NCBI GenBank assembly: GCA_965248195.1
Contig: CBDFIQ010000002.1
Coordinates: 2,688,001 to 2,752,000, forward strand
Direction of reading: 5' to 3'
Source: Longimicrobiales bacterium
GTDB taxonomy: Bacteria > Gemmatimonadota > Gemmatimonadetes > Longimicrobiales > Gaopeijiaceae
Length of the DNA: 64,000 nt
Shown here: positions 1 through 10,305 of the stretch, piece by piece
How positions within the stretch are numbered: the first letter of the stretch is position 1
How the letters are laid out: every line of letters starts with the position of its first letter
Translations under genes and position numbers: made by a program
The notes under the pieces: model-generated
Told to the model about the DNA's origin: nothing
The model's input: only the letters and a program-made list of their open reading frames with translations
The model's database searches: none

Positions 1-686
1 CGCCGATTACGTCACTTTTCTCGATTCCGACGATCTCATGTACCCGCAGAACCTTCGCGAGGCAGGCGATTTCGCGGTCGAGACGGGCGCGAAGTTCTTC
101 CACAACCTTTACCAAAGCGTGGACGAGGACGGACGACACGTGCGCTACTGGCCCGTGCCGAGTTTACGGAACCAGCTCCGCTCGATCGCCATCGGCAACT
201 TCCTCTCTTGTATAGGCGTCTTCATTCACCGCGACATCTACTCCGAGTACCGTTTTGACACGAACCCCATGCTGACCGGATCCGAAGACTGGGAGTTTTG
301 GCTCCGAGTCGGGGCAGACCATCAAGTGGATCGCTTGACCGCAGTGAACAGTGCCATCGTCCAGCACTCTGGTCGGACAATGCTCAATCAGGACGTAACT
401 CAGGCAACCCGCCGCGTCGACTACATTTTGAACAAGATCGACTCGGACCCGCATCTGAGTTCGGTTTACGGCCCCTACCGTAGTCTGATGCGAGCAAGCC
501 GAATGGTATTCTTTGGCCGGCTTTGCCAACGACAATCATGACTCCAGGGCCGCCGTACGATTCTTGCGCCGAGCGCTGGCCGAGAAGCCGACCATGGGCT
601 TCTCTCCCCGATTCATCAGGTGTACACAGATCGCGGCAGTGAACTGGCTCCGTCACCCGCAGAGGGGCGAGGGGTCGTCTGGCTGA
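1..686 (+). CDS. GT2 glycosyltransferase, 5'-partial, with a probable 1-nt frameshift near 515
   Basis: The frame reads DYVTFLDSDD (DxD motif) and GSEDWEFW. The ORF stops at 541, but a +1 frame from ~516 continues plausibly (AGFANDNHDSRAAVRFLRRAL...) to TGA at ~686. Confidence 0.75.
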
Positions 687-793
687 TCGCGGGCCGCTCA
701 CCGCCATCCTGAGCCTGATCTGCGCCAGATTCTTTGCTTGCCCGTTCGTACGATTCTATTGGAGGCATCCGTAAGACGATCTTAGCTTACAGA

Positions 794-2476
794 ATGACCA
801 CGAAAACAAGCGCTCCCCAGTCCCAACGCGCCACTGAGCTGGTAAAGGGACTGGTGCACCAGGTCGATAAGTGCCTGCGGGCGATGACGTTGTACAGCCC
901 CTCCCACCCCATGCACCTCCGGGCCGTGGAGGAACTCCAGTCGGGTTTCGAGCCTGTTTGGGCAGAGTTCGGGTCGCTGACGCTTCAAGTCCGGGACGAC
1001 GGCTTCGTCTGGCAATCGAACCTGGTCCTCCCCCAAGATCACACGCCCGACAGCATCTCCTGGCTCCTTTTCAAAGAAGGCATCCGCTCCATCACTCTGA
1101 CCCAAGGCGTGGAAGACGAAGAGATCGTCTGCTTTCTCAGCGTGATTCACCTGTCCCGCTCTCTGGCGGAGGACACGGAGGACGACCTCCTCACCCTCTT
1201 GTGGGACCAGTACTTCGAACACATTCGCTACCGCCTGGTCGACCTCGGAAGCGAGGATGTCGCGGAGATCGAGGGACCTGCGAGTTCGGATCCACCACCG
1301 TCTCCCGAAGAGACCCGGGAACAGGTGGAGGACGAGGTCGCCGAAGTCATGGGTGTGGATGTGCTGGCTGATTTCGACGATTTCGACGCCTCGCTCTACT
1401 TCCTCGATGATCATGAGATCGGCCAGCTCAAAGACGATATCGCGACTGAATTCACGCAAGACGTCTCTGTGAACGTCCTCTCGATGTTGTTGGATGTCCT
1501 GGAGCTTCACCCCGACCGGGATGTCCGGGAGGAGACCTGCGGTGTGCTGGAAGAGCTCTTCTCCCATCTGGTCGGAACTGGGGACTTCGGCTCCATAGCC
1601 TACCTGATCCGAGAGTTGCGGGTTTTGCTCGCGCGGGTGACGGACCTGAAGCTCGAGCACCGGGAGACCCTCGGTGGCTTCGCGAGAAAGCTGTCCGATC
1701 CCAAAGTCATCAGTCTGCTGCTGCGATCGATGGACCACTCAGAGGTGCACCCGACTCCTGAGGATCTGCAGAACCTGTTTGGGGAGCTCGAGCCGGAGGC
1801 GCTGATGGCGGTGGTGAGTAGGATCCCGCAACTCGAAGACGAGGCGGCCAAGGCCCTCCTTCGAAGTGCGCTAGGGCATCAGGCTACACATTTCCCGAAG
1901 GTGATCCGGGAGGCGCTCACCTCCGAGGATGGAGAGATCGTATTGGTGGGGTTGCGTTGTGTGGAGGAAAGCAAGCTCACATCGGTCCATGCCCAGCTCC
2001 AGAGGCTCTCCCAACACGAGGACACGGCTGTGCGACGTGCGCTCGTCGCCGCACTCGCCGGGTTGAAAACATCGGAGGCCGTGCGGGAGATCGAGGAGCT
2101 ATTACACGACCGCGATCACGACATTCGGATCGCAGCGGTGCGCGCTCTCTCCACCTGTGGCGACGCCGAGACTCGGTCCCTAGTGGAGGCGATCGTGCTG
2201 GGCCGGGCCATCCGCGATACCGACAGAAGCGAAAAACTGGCATTCTTCGAGGCCTACGCAGCCCTTTTCGGTGAGTCCGCCACCGCCGGTCTGGAACCGC
2301 TCCTTCATGGAGGTGTGTTTCGGCGGCGGTCTGATGCCGCCACACGGGCATGTGCTGCCAGAGCGCTGGGAAAGGTCGGCGGTCCCGCAGCAAAGGCCAC
2401 GCTGGAAAAAGCACTGAAGGACAGAGATTTTTCGGTGAGAAGCGCCGCCGAGAGAGGGTTGACGGGCTTTGAGTGA
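794..2476 (+). CDS. HEAT-repeat protein
   Basis: C-terminal HEAT repeats (DTAVRRALVAAL, DHDIRIAAVRAL, DFSVRSAAERGL); N-terminal LYSPSHP motif; overlaps the HD-GYP gene. Confidence 0.8.
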   Translation: MTTKTSAPQSQRATELVKGLVHQVDKCLRAMTLYSPSHPMHLRAVEELQSGFEPVWAEFGSLTLQVRDDGFVWQSNLVLPQDHTPDSISWLLFKEGIRSITLTQGVEDEEIVCFLSVIHLSRSLAEDTEDDLLTLLWDQYFEHIRYRLVDLGSEDVAEIEGPASSDPPPSPEETREQVEDEVAEVMGVDVLADFDDFDASLYFLDDHEIGQLKDDIATEFTQDVSVNVLSMLLDVLELHPDRDVREETCGVLEELFSHLVGTGDFGSIAYLIRELRVLLARVTDLKLEHRETLGGFARKLSDPKVISLLLRSMDHSEVHPTPEDLQNLFGELEPEALMAVVSRIPQLEDEAAKALLRSALGHQATHFPKVIREALTSEDGEIVLVGLRCVEESKLTSVHAQLQRLSQHEDTAVRRALVAALAGLKTSEAVREIEELLHDRDHDIRIAAVRALSTCGDAETRSLVEAIVLGRAIRDTDRSEKLAFFEAYAALFGESATAGLEPLLHGGVFRRRSDAATRACAARALGKVGGPAAKATLEKALKDRDFSVRSAAERGLTGFE

Positions 2477-3958
2477 TATCAGGCCGGACCCGGCGGGCGG
2501 GTCGAGGGGACCCGGGCAAGAGCCAACGGAATCGCTGGCCAGCCAGGCGGTCCTCCGGCAGCGTGGACGGGACTTCGTGATCGCGCTGTACCGATCACTC
2601 CGAAGTCTCAAGCTTTACCCGGTCGAGAACCAACAGGTGCAGAGGGCGCTCGACGAGATGGTCGGGGCAGCGCTCGCTCTCCTGGAATACGAGCCGGAGC
2701 TGGAGGTGAGGGTTTCGCAAGAACTGATCTTCGTCAACCAGGTCAGACTACGACTCGACATCGACAACTATGCTTCCTTCGGTCACGTCCTGACCACCCT
2801 CACGCAGTGCGGTGTCGGACTGTTGAGGGTCAGCCCCGCAGTCGATCGCCGCGAATGGCAGATCTTCATCTTGGAACTCCTTCGCTTTGCCGGTCTGGGC
2901 GACGACCCGAACGGCGCGCTGCAGTTACCGCAGAGACTAGATCGAGCCGGCGTCGAGCATATCGTCATCGAGCCGGCGGCGGCGGGCGACGTTGAGTGGA
3001 TGGATGAGGACGGGCAAAAAAAAGTGCGAAGCGCACGTACGAGCGGGCCCTGGCCGTCACCAAGGACCTCATCGGAAGTACGAGGATGGGTCGGGTCAGG
3101 AACGTGCGCAAAGTGAAGCGCGCGGTGCAGAGCATCATCGACCAGGTGTTGAGCAACGAAGTCACGTTGGTGGGCATGACAAACCTCCGGGACTACGACG
3201 ACTACACGTTCACGCACTCGCTGAACGTCTGCATCTTCAGTTTGGCGATCGCCAAGCGACTGGGGTTCACGAGGCGCCAGCTCTTCGAGCTCGGGATGGC
3301 ATCGCTGTGCCACGATATCGGCAAAGGACGCGTGCCTCTGGAAACGCTAAACAAGGTTGGAAGCCTTTCGCCGGAGGAGTGGCGTAGCCTGCAGTCGCAC
3401 ACCTACCGCGGCGCGCTAAGCCTATTCAAGCTGCGGGAGTTCGGGGAAATACCCTTCCGCAGCATGATCGCGGCATATGAGCACCATATGAAGATCGATC
3501 TCACGGGGTATCCTGGGTCCGTACGGGAGCGACGCATGTCTTTCTTCTCCCGCATCGTGGCCATGGCCGACGCGTTCGACGCCGCGACAAGTGCTCGGGT
3601 CTACCAGAAGAGCATGACGCCGGATGAGGCCCTGCGTTTGTTTTGGGAAGAACCCGGAAGGGGCTTCGACCCCGTGTTGGTAAAGGCCCTGACGAACCTG
3701 CTCGGAATCTATCCGGTGGGAACGTGCGTCATTCTCGACAGACGCGAGCTCGCGATCGTGCACGCCGCGAACTCGGACGCCTCATTGATCCACAGGCCCG
3801 TGGTACGCATGATCTGCACCGCCGACGGGACTTGGCTTAGCCCGGGGCCCTTGCTCGATTTGTCGGGAACAACTGAGGACGGCCACTTCCGCCGCTCCAT
3901 CATCAAGGTGACTACGCCAGAAAAATACGGAATCCGAGCCGCCGATTACTTCGTCTGA
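2469..3958 (+). CDS. HD-GYP phosphodiesterase split by a -1 frameshift at an A8 tract (3016-3023)
   Basis: ORFs 2469..3116 and 3086..3958 join if one A is added. Motifs HSLNV, CHDIGK, EHH...GYP and ADAFDA. Confidence 0.8.
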
Positions 3959-4028
3959 TTCTCGTTTCGCCGATTGAGGTAGGTTGGCGAGGGACTCCGA
4001 CCCACGCTGCAAGAGGACTGGCGTGTCA

Positions 4029-5153
4029 TCAAGGCAGCCGACCTCTTCGCTCCGTCAAGGGACTGTCCCCCAGATCATTCTCGCTCAGGAGCCGTCCCAT
4101 CTCACCCCCCTGAAACTCATCGGAGAAGGCGCCACCGTATACGCGGAGCCCTGTGGCTCGGGGCGAGTAGGTGACCCGAAGCACGAAGGCCGGAACCGAC
4201 AGGTCCGCGAGTTCTCGTACACGGCCGTTCGCCTCTCCCAGGGTCTCGTATTCTCCGAGAAAGAAGGAGTAGGGAGCCTCCCGGACGGCCCAGTTTTCGG
4301 GATCGGGATTCAGAAGATCAAAGGCTACAGCCAGGGGAACCTTGAGGTTGTTCGCCTCCGCCACGCTGTACGCGGGCCCCACCATGAGAGCGAAATGCCG
4401 GTCCCCATCGATCAGCAGGGCGGTCACGAAACCGAGGAGGTTGGGCATCCGCGCCCGGAGAGCGTCAGCCATGGCCAACGGCGTCTGGATCTCTCGCCAC
4501 GTATCGACAAGAACCACGTGGCTCATCACCGGCGTCCGGGGCTCGGGACCGGGCAGCACCACAGGACCGGGCGCTGCGGAACGGGACCGCTGCATCAGCG
4601 TGATTCTCGGAATGTCCACTACGCCAAAGTAGGCCATCGCGAATCCGCCGCCACCAAGAATTAGGACGGTCGCGGTAGCGCTCACTAGCCGACGCGCCCC
4701 GCTCCTCCATTTCCGCCGCCGCTCCAACTCCTCGAGACCTCGGTGTCTCGCCGTCGGCTTCGCCCTGTCGGGAGTAGGGGGAGTAGGCGTCGGCAGCAAA
4801 AGGGAGCCCTCATCACCTCCGTCCGTTCTGCCGAAATCCCGGTCCACCACAAGATCTTCACCACCCAGCTCCCCCGAACCGGACGTCTCCGCTTGCTGGA
4901 AATCAAGCTCATTGAACGCCTTCGACCTGATCTCCATGGTCTCGATTTCGACGTCCCGGTCCACTTCATCCGGAGGGCCCTCGACTTCGAGGCCCGAGCC
5001 GGTCTGGAACCCCTCCATGACGGGCGAGGTCTCCGCCGCCTCTGCTATGGCGTCTTCATCCACGTCGAGGTCCGCCCCCGTTTCGATTCGGGGAAGCTCG
5101 AGATCCTCTTCGCGGCCCTCCTGGGGTCCGGATTCTTCGTCGTCAGTCACCAA
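4029..5153 (-). CDS. Membrane-anchored protein with an acidic N-terminus and SPOR-like C-terminal domains
   Basis: 374-aa ORF with one TM segment (VLILGGGGFAMAYF) and VGPAYSVAEA / RVYGGAF SPOR-like motifs. Confidence 0.55.
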   Translation of the reverse strand: MVTDDEESGPQEGREEDLELPRIETGADLDVDEDAIAEAAETSPVMEGFQTGSGLEVEGPPDEVDRDVEIETMEIRSKAFNELDFQQAETSGSGELGGEDLVVDRDFGRTDGGDEGSLLLPTPTPPTPDRAKPTARHRGLEELERRRKWRSGARRLVSATATVLILGGGGFAMAYFGVVDIPRITLMQRSRSAAPGPVVLPGPEPRTPVMSHVVLVDTWREIQTPLAMADALRARMPNLLGFVTALLIDGDRHFALMVGPAYSVAEANNLKVPLAVAFDLLNPDPENWAVREAPYSFFLGEYETLGEANGRVRELADLSVPAFVLRVTYSPRATGLRVYGGAFSDEFQGGEMGRLLSENDLGDSPLTERRGRLP

Positions 5154-5205
5154 CGCGCTCCTCTCATCGGGTCGCTCCCTTCCATTATCAAAAGAGAGTC
5201 AGCCT

Positions 5206-6213
5206 TCAGAAGATCGCAAGGGGGTTGAGGGGCGACCCCGTACCGCCCTCGACCGCCAACGGGGCCGCAACCAGCATGAACTCCCAGCGACCCTGGCGCG
5301 CGGCTTCGGCGGCCACGGCCTCCAGGTCGAGGTTGTCGAACAGCGGGGTCCCCATGGCAACGATCATGAGCTGGTGAATCGGCTGCGAGACCCCCTCGAC
5401 ACCCGAGGGTAGCACGTCGTTCGTATAATCGCTGCCCAGTATCGCGACGCCACGCTCACGGAGCCACGGAACCACGGAAGCGTGCAGCCCGGCAGCCTCC
5501 CGGCCGGTCCGCCAGGGCCCGACCTCGGCACGCCGAGCCCACCGCCCGCTGCGCACCAACACGACGTCTCCGCTCCCGACCCGAATACCGGCCTCACGCT
5601 CCCAGGCCTCCAGGTCTTCCACGTAGATCGGCGTCCCTGGCTCGAGATATTCGACCCCCTTGAGCCGTGCGATATCCATCAGGATGCCACGGGTGACGAT
5701 CCCTTGCTTGAAATTGATGATCGCCAGCTTGTCGCACCCGCCCTCCGTCACCTCGTCGTCTCGAACGTACCCGTTATACAGCCGACCCTCGTGCATCATG
5801 TGGCACAACGCGTCCAGGTGGGAGTGCGCGTATCCGTGGTAGGCGATGGTATACCGATCGCTGCGAAACACACCCGGACTCCCGATCCCGAGCATCTCGT
5901 GGCCGAACGGAGAGGTCGCGTCCTCCGCCCGCTCCTTGAGATAGTTGTGCGAAAGCGACACCGATGTCCCGACCCGTGCGAGGCCGATCGCCTGGAGGCG
6001 CTTCTCCACGGTTATCAGGTTGAGGGTTCCGAGTTGGTCGTCGGCCCCCCATCGGCCCCAATTCGACAAGTCCGCCATCCACTGCTGGACCATCGCCTGC
6101 GTCACCTCCGGCGACGACTGTGCCGAGAGGGGCCGGTCTACCGGAGCCAGCAGCAGGAACACACTACAGAGGAGCAGTCGAGTCGGAATGGCCATGCGGT
6201 GTGGTGTCGTCAT
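5206..6213 (-). CDS. Cyclase family (kynurenine formamidase-like) metal-dependent hydrolase
   Basis: SNWGRWG, HGYAHSHLDALCH and C-terminal GGTGSPLNPLAIF; N-terminal signal peptide. Confidence 0.9.
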   Translation of the reverse strand: MTTPHRMAIPTRLLLCSVFLLLAPVDRPLSAQSSPEVTQAMVQQWMADLSNWGRWGADDQLGTLNLITVEKRLQAIGLARVGTSVSLSHNYLKERAEDATSPFGHEMLGIGSPGVFRSDRYTIAYHGYAHSHLDALCHMMHEGRLYNGYVRDDEVTEGGCDKLAIINFKQGIVTRGILMDIARLKGVEYLEPGTPIYVEDLEAWEREAGIRVGSGDVVLVRSGRWARRAEVGPWRTGREAAGLHASVVPWLRERGVAILGSDYTNDVLPSGVEGVSQPIHQLMIVAMGTPLFDNLDLEAVAAEAARQGRWEFMLVAAPLAVEGGTGSPLNPLAIF

Positions 6214-6260
6214 GAGTTTCTCCGAAGTGTGAAGCCCGCCGGTCCCTCACATGAAAACGC

Positions 6261-6291
6261 GAGGGCGGGCCGGTCTTGCCGGCCCGCCCTC
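6261..6291 (-). terminator. Probable intrinsic terminator
   Basis: Perfect 13-bp stem GAGGGCGGGCCGG/CCGGCCCGCCCTC followed on the minus strand by GCGTTTT, just after the stop at 6323. Confidence 0.65.
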
Positions 6292-6322
6292 CTCTGATCT
6301 TACCAAAGCTGTGCGCTCGGTC

Positions 6323-7342
6323 CTACCGCGCTATGTGCTTCCGGAGTGCACGAGGACCGACCTCCGCGCCGTAGACGTTTCCTTCGTTGTCCACCGCGAC
6401 GCCCTCCGCCGCGCTCGTTCCGCCCGGGGTGGGGTCCGGATCGGGGATGAAGGCGATCACGAAGCCGGTGTCGAGGTCCATCACTCGGATTCCGCGCCTG
6501 AATCCCGGGTTGCTTCCGTATCGGGATTCCGAATCCGCCACGTAGAGCTTGTTATTGTGGATCGTGATGCCACTGGCCCGCCCCATGTTGTAGAAGTCAC
6601 GAACGAAGGTGCCGTCCTGCTCGAAGACCTGGATCCTCCGGTTGCTGCGGTCTCCCACGTAGAGGAGGCCGTCGTCATCCATCGCCAGGGCGTGGGGCGT
6701 CCTGAACTGCCCGGGGTTTGAGCCCTCCTCGCCCCACTCCATGAGATACCTGCCGTCGCTCGAGTACTTGACGATCCGATTGTTTCCTCCAGCGGCCGAA
6801 TGCCCGTCGCCCACGAAGATGTCTCCGTTGGGCGCCACCAACACGTCGTTGGGCTCATTGAGCGTGGTCCGCGTCCTCCCCCCCACCCCCGCCGTGCCCA
6901 GGCGCAGCAAAACCATTCCCTCCGGGCTGAACTTGATCACCTGATTGCCCCGCATGAGGTCGTCGTTCCCCCGGGCATCCGCGATCCAGACGTTGCCGTC
7001 GTCATCCACGTCGATCCCGTGGGGCCAGACGAACATCCCGGCTCCGAACTGCGTGAGGATGTTGCCCATCTTGTCGAACTGGAAGACGACGTCCAGGTCG
7101 TCGTGACCGACACAGTTGTTCTCTCCGCAGCGATCGACGGCCCAGATCGTTTCGCCGTCCGGGGAGACCTCTACCAAGCTGGTCGAACCCCAATCTCGTC
7201 CGTCGGGCAGCGGCGCCCACACCCCGGGCACCGTCCGGTACGGGTTGGGCTCACCATTCTGCGCTTGCATCGGTGCCACCGTCGCGCCCGCAACGGCGCC
7301 GACCACGACGAACATCAAACCCGCTTGACTCAGATAGGACAT
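6323..7342 (-). CDS. Secreted NHL-repeat beta-propeller (peptidyl-alpha-hydroxyglycine lyase-like)
   Basis: Motifs WPHGIDVD, LNEPNDVLV and FRTPHALA...DRSNRRIQVF; signal peptide from ATG 7342. Confidence 0.85.
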   Translation of the reverse strand: MSYLSQAGLMFVVVGAVAGATVAPMQAQNGEPNPYRTVPGVWAPLPDGRDWGSTSLVEVSPDGETIWAVDRCGENNCVGHDDLDVVFQFDKMGNILTQFGAGMFVWPHGIDVDDDGNVWIADARGNDDLMRGNQVIKFSPEGMVLLRLGTAGVGGRTRTTLNEPNDVLVAPNGDIFVGDGHSAAGGNNRIVKYSSDGRYLMEWGEEGSNPGQFRTPHALAMDDDGLLYVGDRSNRRIQVFEQDGTFVRDFYNMGRASGITIHNNKLYVADSESRYGSNPGFRRGIRVMDLDTGFVIAFIPDPDPTPGGTSAAEGVAVDNEGNVYGAEVGPRALRKHIAR

Positions 7343-7637
7343 GGTAAGATCTCCCTTTACGGATAGAGGTAGAACGGTGCCGATCGGCAGCACCACTCGG
7401 GGTTCCAAAAGGGGCTCGTCAGCCCGACAGTCCGGGACCATAGGGGAGAGATATTGAACGGGCAAGTGTCGAGAGGCGGCCGTTTCCTTGCTACTCAACT
7501 GTCGCCCTACGATACTGCCTCAGATCGTCGACCAGGACTCCTGGCTGCTTTGTGCGAGGCGAGCCCATGCGCAAGAAGGAAGACGGATCGGCGTACGCTG
7601 CTCGAACTGGCGGTGTAGAGATCGCGCCTTTTCGGGG

Positions 7638-8003
7638 ATGCTGATGAAACGGCGCGACTTTCTTCGGCTCAAGACCGAGCGGGGGATCCGCACCGTCGAG
7701 CTCTCCTGCCAGCGGCTACACATGCATTACCTCGAGAGGCGTGTGACGGCCGGCCAGCCGGACAGGGGCGACCCGTTGGACGACGATTTCGATCCGACGG
7801 AAGATGGCGAGCCGCCCACAGCCTTCGAGGAGCGGACGACCGAGGAGCTATTCGAGCATCTCCGGCGTGACCTGGACGGCGTCGACCTTCTACGTGTTAC
7901 CGGGCACCGCTGGCTGTCGGAGGGGGACGAGGAGCTGCGGCGGGAATTCAACAGGCTAGTCTCGTCGTTTCGGGCAAGTGGCGGGCGCGTTGAGTACGGC
8001 TGA
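7638..8003 (+). CDS. Hypothetical protein
   Basis: ORF beginning MLMKRRDFL and ending just before the ion channel gene. Confidence 0.55.
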   Translation: MLMKRRDFLRLKTERGIRTVELSCQRLHMHYLERRVTAGQPDRGDPLDDDFDPTEDGEPPTAFEERTTEELFEHLRRDLDGVDLLRVTGHRWLSEGDEELRREFNRLVSSFRASGGRVEYG

Positions 8004-8008
8004 AGCCC

Positions 8009-8892
8009 ATGCCTAACGCGAGCGACCTCCGCCCCCCTGTCGAGGCCTCCCGAGTCCGGCATCGTACGTATGCGGTCATCTTCGGCCACGATACTCGACC
8101 GGGCCGGATTTTCGATGTCGTCCTGATCGTCGTCATCCTCGCCAGCGTTCTCGTGATCATGCTCGAGAGTGTCGCCTCGGTTCGTGCGGAGTACGCTAGC
8201 CTACTCCGGAGAGCGGAGTGGTTTTTCACGCTGCTCTTCACCATCGAGTATGTGACTCGCCTCTGGTGCGTGGGGCGTCCGCTGACTTACGCGAAAAGCC
8301 CCCTGGGCCTCATCGACCTGCTGGCGGTACTTCCAACCTTGGTTTCGTTGCTCTTCCCCGGAGGGCAGGTCATCACCGTCGTGCGAATCCTGCGCGTGCT
8401 CAGGGTCTTCCGCATCCTGAAGCTGGCCCGTTACGTCGGGGAGGCGGGCGTTCTGGTCCGGGCGCTGAGGGCCAGCCAGTACAAGATCACGATTTTCGCC
8501 CTCACGGTCGTGACGATCACCGTCATCGTCGGCGCACTCATGTACCTGATCGAGGGGCCCGACAACGGATTTACCAGCATACCACGTGGCGTGTACTGGG
8601 GAATCGTCACGCTCACGACCGTGGGCTTCGGTGACGTCACACCTCAGACCCCATGGGGCCAGGCCCTGGCGAGCGTCGTGATGATCATGGGGTACGGCAT
8701 CATCGCGGTCCCAACCGGGATCGTGACCGCGGAGCTCGTGTACTCCGCACGGTTGCAAGAGGGACCCGAATGCCAGGGGTGTGGTGTGACCGGAGGGGGC
8801 ACGAGCCTGACGCCCGGCACTGCAAGTGGTGCGGGGCGAGCCTGCGTAGAACGGTAGACCGCACGCCGGCATCCCTTGCCGACATCGACTGA
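8009..8892 (+). CDS. Ion transporter / voltage-gated K+ channel family, with a probable frameshift at the G-run near 8794
   Basis: S4 segment RILRVLRVFRILK and filter TTVGFGD. The expected second Cys pair (HEPDARHCKWCG) is in another frame that ends at 8892. Confidence 0.85.
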
Positions 8893-8950
8893 ATGTCCTA
8901 AGATCGGCGACCCGAACAAAAACCGATAGTGATTTTCCGAAGGAGGCCCC

Positions 8951-9454
8951 ATGTCGATGGCGAAGACGATGCTGGAACAGTTCAAGCGAGAGATGGCCGG
9001 AACGCGAAAGGCGCTGGAGCGCGTCCCCTTCGACAAGGCCGAGTGGGCCCCTCATGAGAAGTCCATGACGTTGGGCCGCCTGGCGGGGCACCTCGCCGAG
9101 GCGCCGAGTTGGGGAGTCTCGATCCTCACGACCGAAGAGCTCGACATCGCTCCAGCCGGCGGAAATTCGTACAAGCCACCCGTCTTCGAGTCCCTTGATG
9201 ATATCCTGGCGACCTTCGATCAAGGGGTTTTGGCGGTAGAAGCGGCGCTGCCCGACGTAACGGACGAAGCGTTGACCGAGCACTGGTCCCTGAAGTCCGG
9301 TGGAGAGGAGATCCTCGGCGGCCCCCGTGGGGCGCTCTTTGGAAACATGGTCACCGGCCACGTCATCCATCACCGAGGCCAGTTGACGGTCTACCTCCGC
9401 CTTTGTGATGTGCCGGTTCCTGGGATGTACGGGCCCTCGGCTGACGAGAAGTAG
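8951..9454 (+). CDS. DinB family protein
   Basis: PHEKSMTLGRLAGHLAE and HVIHHRGQLTVYLR...PGMYGPSADE; AGGAGG RBS. Confidence 0.9.
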   Translation: MSMAKTMLEQFKREMAGTRKALERVPFDKAEWAPHEKSMTLGRLAGHLAEAPSWGVSILTTEELDIAPAGGNSYKPPVFESLDDILATFDQGVLAVEAALPDVTDEALTEHWSLKSGGEEILGGPRGALFGNMVTGHVIHHRGQLTVYLRLCDVPVPGMYGPSADEK

Positions 9455-9500
9455 GACGGGCTGTAGGAACTTGTCAGAAACAGTCCCGGGGAGCTCCCGG

Positions 9501-10103
9501 TTACTCGGGTAAGTCCAGCAGCTGTCCCTGGGGCCCGGCGTTGAGCACCAGGGTCGGCCCGATCGCAGATCGCTGTCCCCAGCACCCGTGAATGTGCCCA
9601 CACACCACCAGGCGCGGGGACATCCGCTCGATGGTGTCGAGCACGGAGTGGCTTCCGAGGTGGCGTCCCCCGGCCTCATCCACATGCCCATGAGGAGGGG
9701 AGTGGCTGACGAGCACACCGTTCTCAGGGCATCCGGCGAGCAACACCTTCGCTTCGTCCTCGTTGAAATCGAAGCTCCACTCTCCGAAGGGCGTCACCGG
9801 AATGCCTCCGCCGATCCCGTAGAAAGGCACCCCTGCAACTGTCACGCCCTCGCCGTGGAGGACATGAGCCGAGGGCCACCCCGCACACGCCTTCCGTAAC
9901 TCGACATCGGACTCACCGTTGCCCGGAACCAGAAGCACCGGCTTATCGACCCCCCGGAGGATCTCGATCACGTCGTCGATGCCGTGCCGCATGACGGCGA
10001 AGTCCCCTGCGCCGATGAGCACGTCCGCCTCACCGGAGCGCTCCACCAACGAACGCGCGGCGTCTCGGTCCCGGTGCAGATCACTGAAGACAAGGAGTCT
10101 CAT
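9501..10103 (-). CDS. Metallophosphoesterase
   Basis: Motifs SDLH, AGD, PGNGE, SHSPP and CGHIH. Confidence 0.9.
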   Translation of the reverse strand: MRLLVFSDLHRDRDAARSLVERSGEADVLIGAGDFAVMRHGIDDVIEILRGVDKPVLLVPGNGESDVELRKACAGWPSAHVLHGEGVTVAGVPFYGIGGGIPVTPFGEWSFDFNEDEAKVLLAGCPENGVLVSHSPPHGHVDEAGGRHLGSHSVLDTIERMSPRLVVCGHIHGCWGQRSAIGPTLVLNAGPQGQLLDLPE

Positions 10104-10305
10104 GGATCGGACAAGGTACCGTGCTGCAGGTCGGTCCACACGGGCCTGAGGGGATGTGGCTCCGGTACTGCTCTTGCGGATGACTATACTATACGATATG
10201 GTATAACAACAGATTGGTGCTCATGTACTAGAACAGGTATACAATCACCAATGGGATTCGTACCTCAACCTCCGCAACGACTCCCGTCACATGACGAGGT
10301 GAGAA

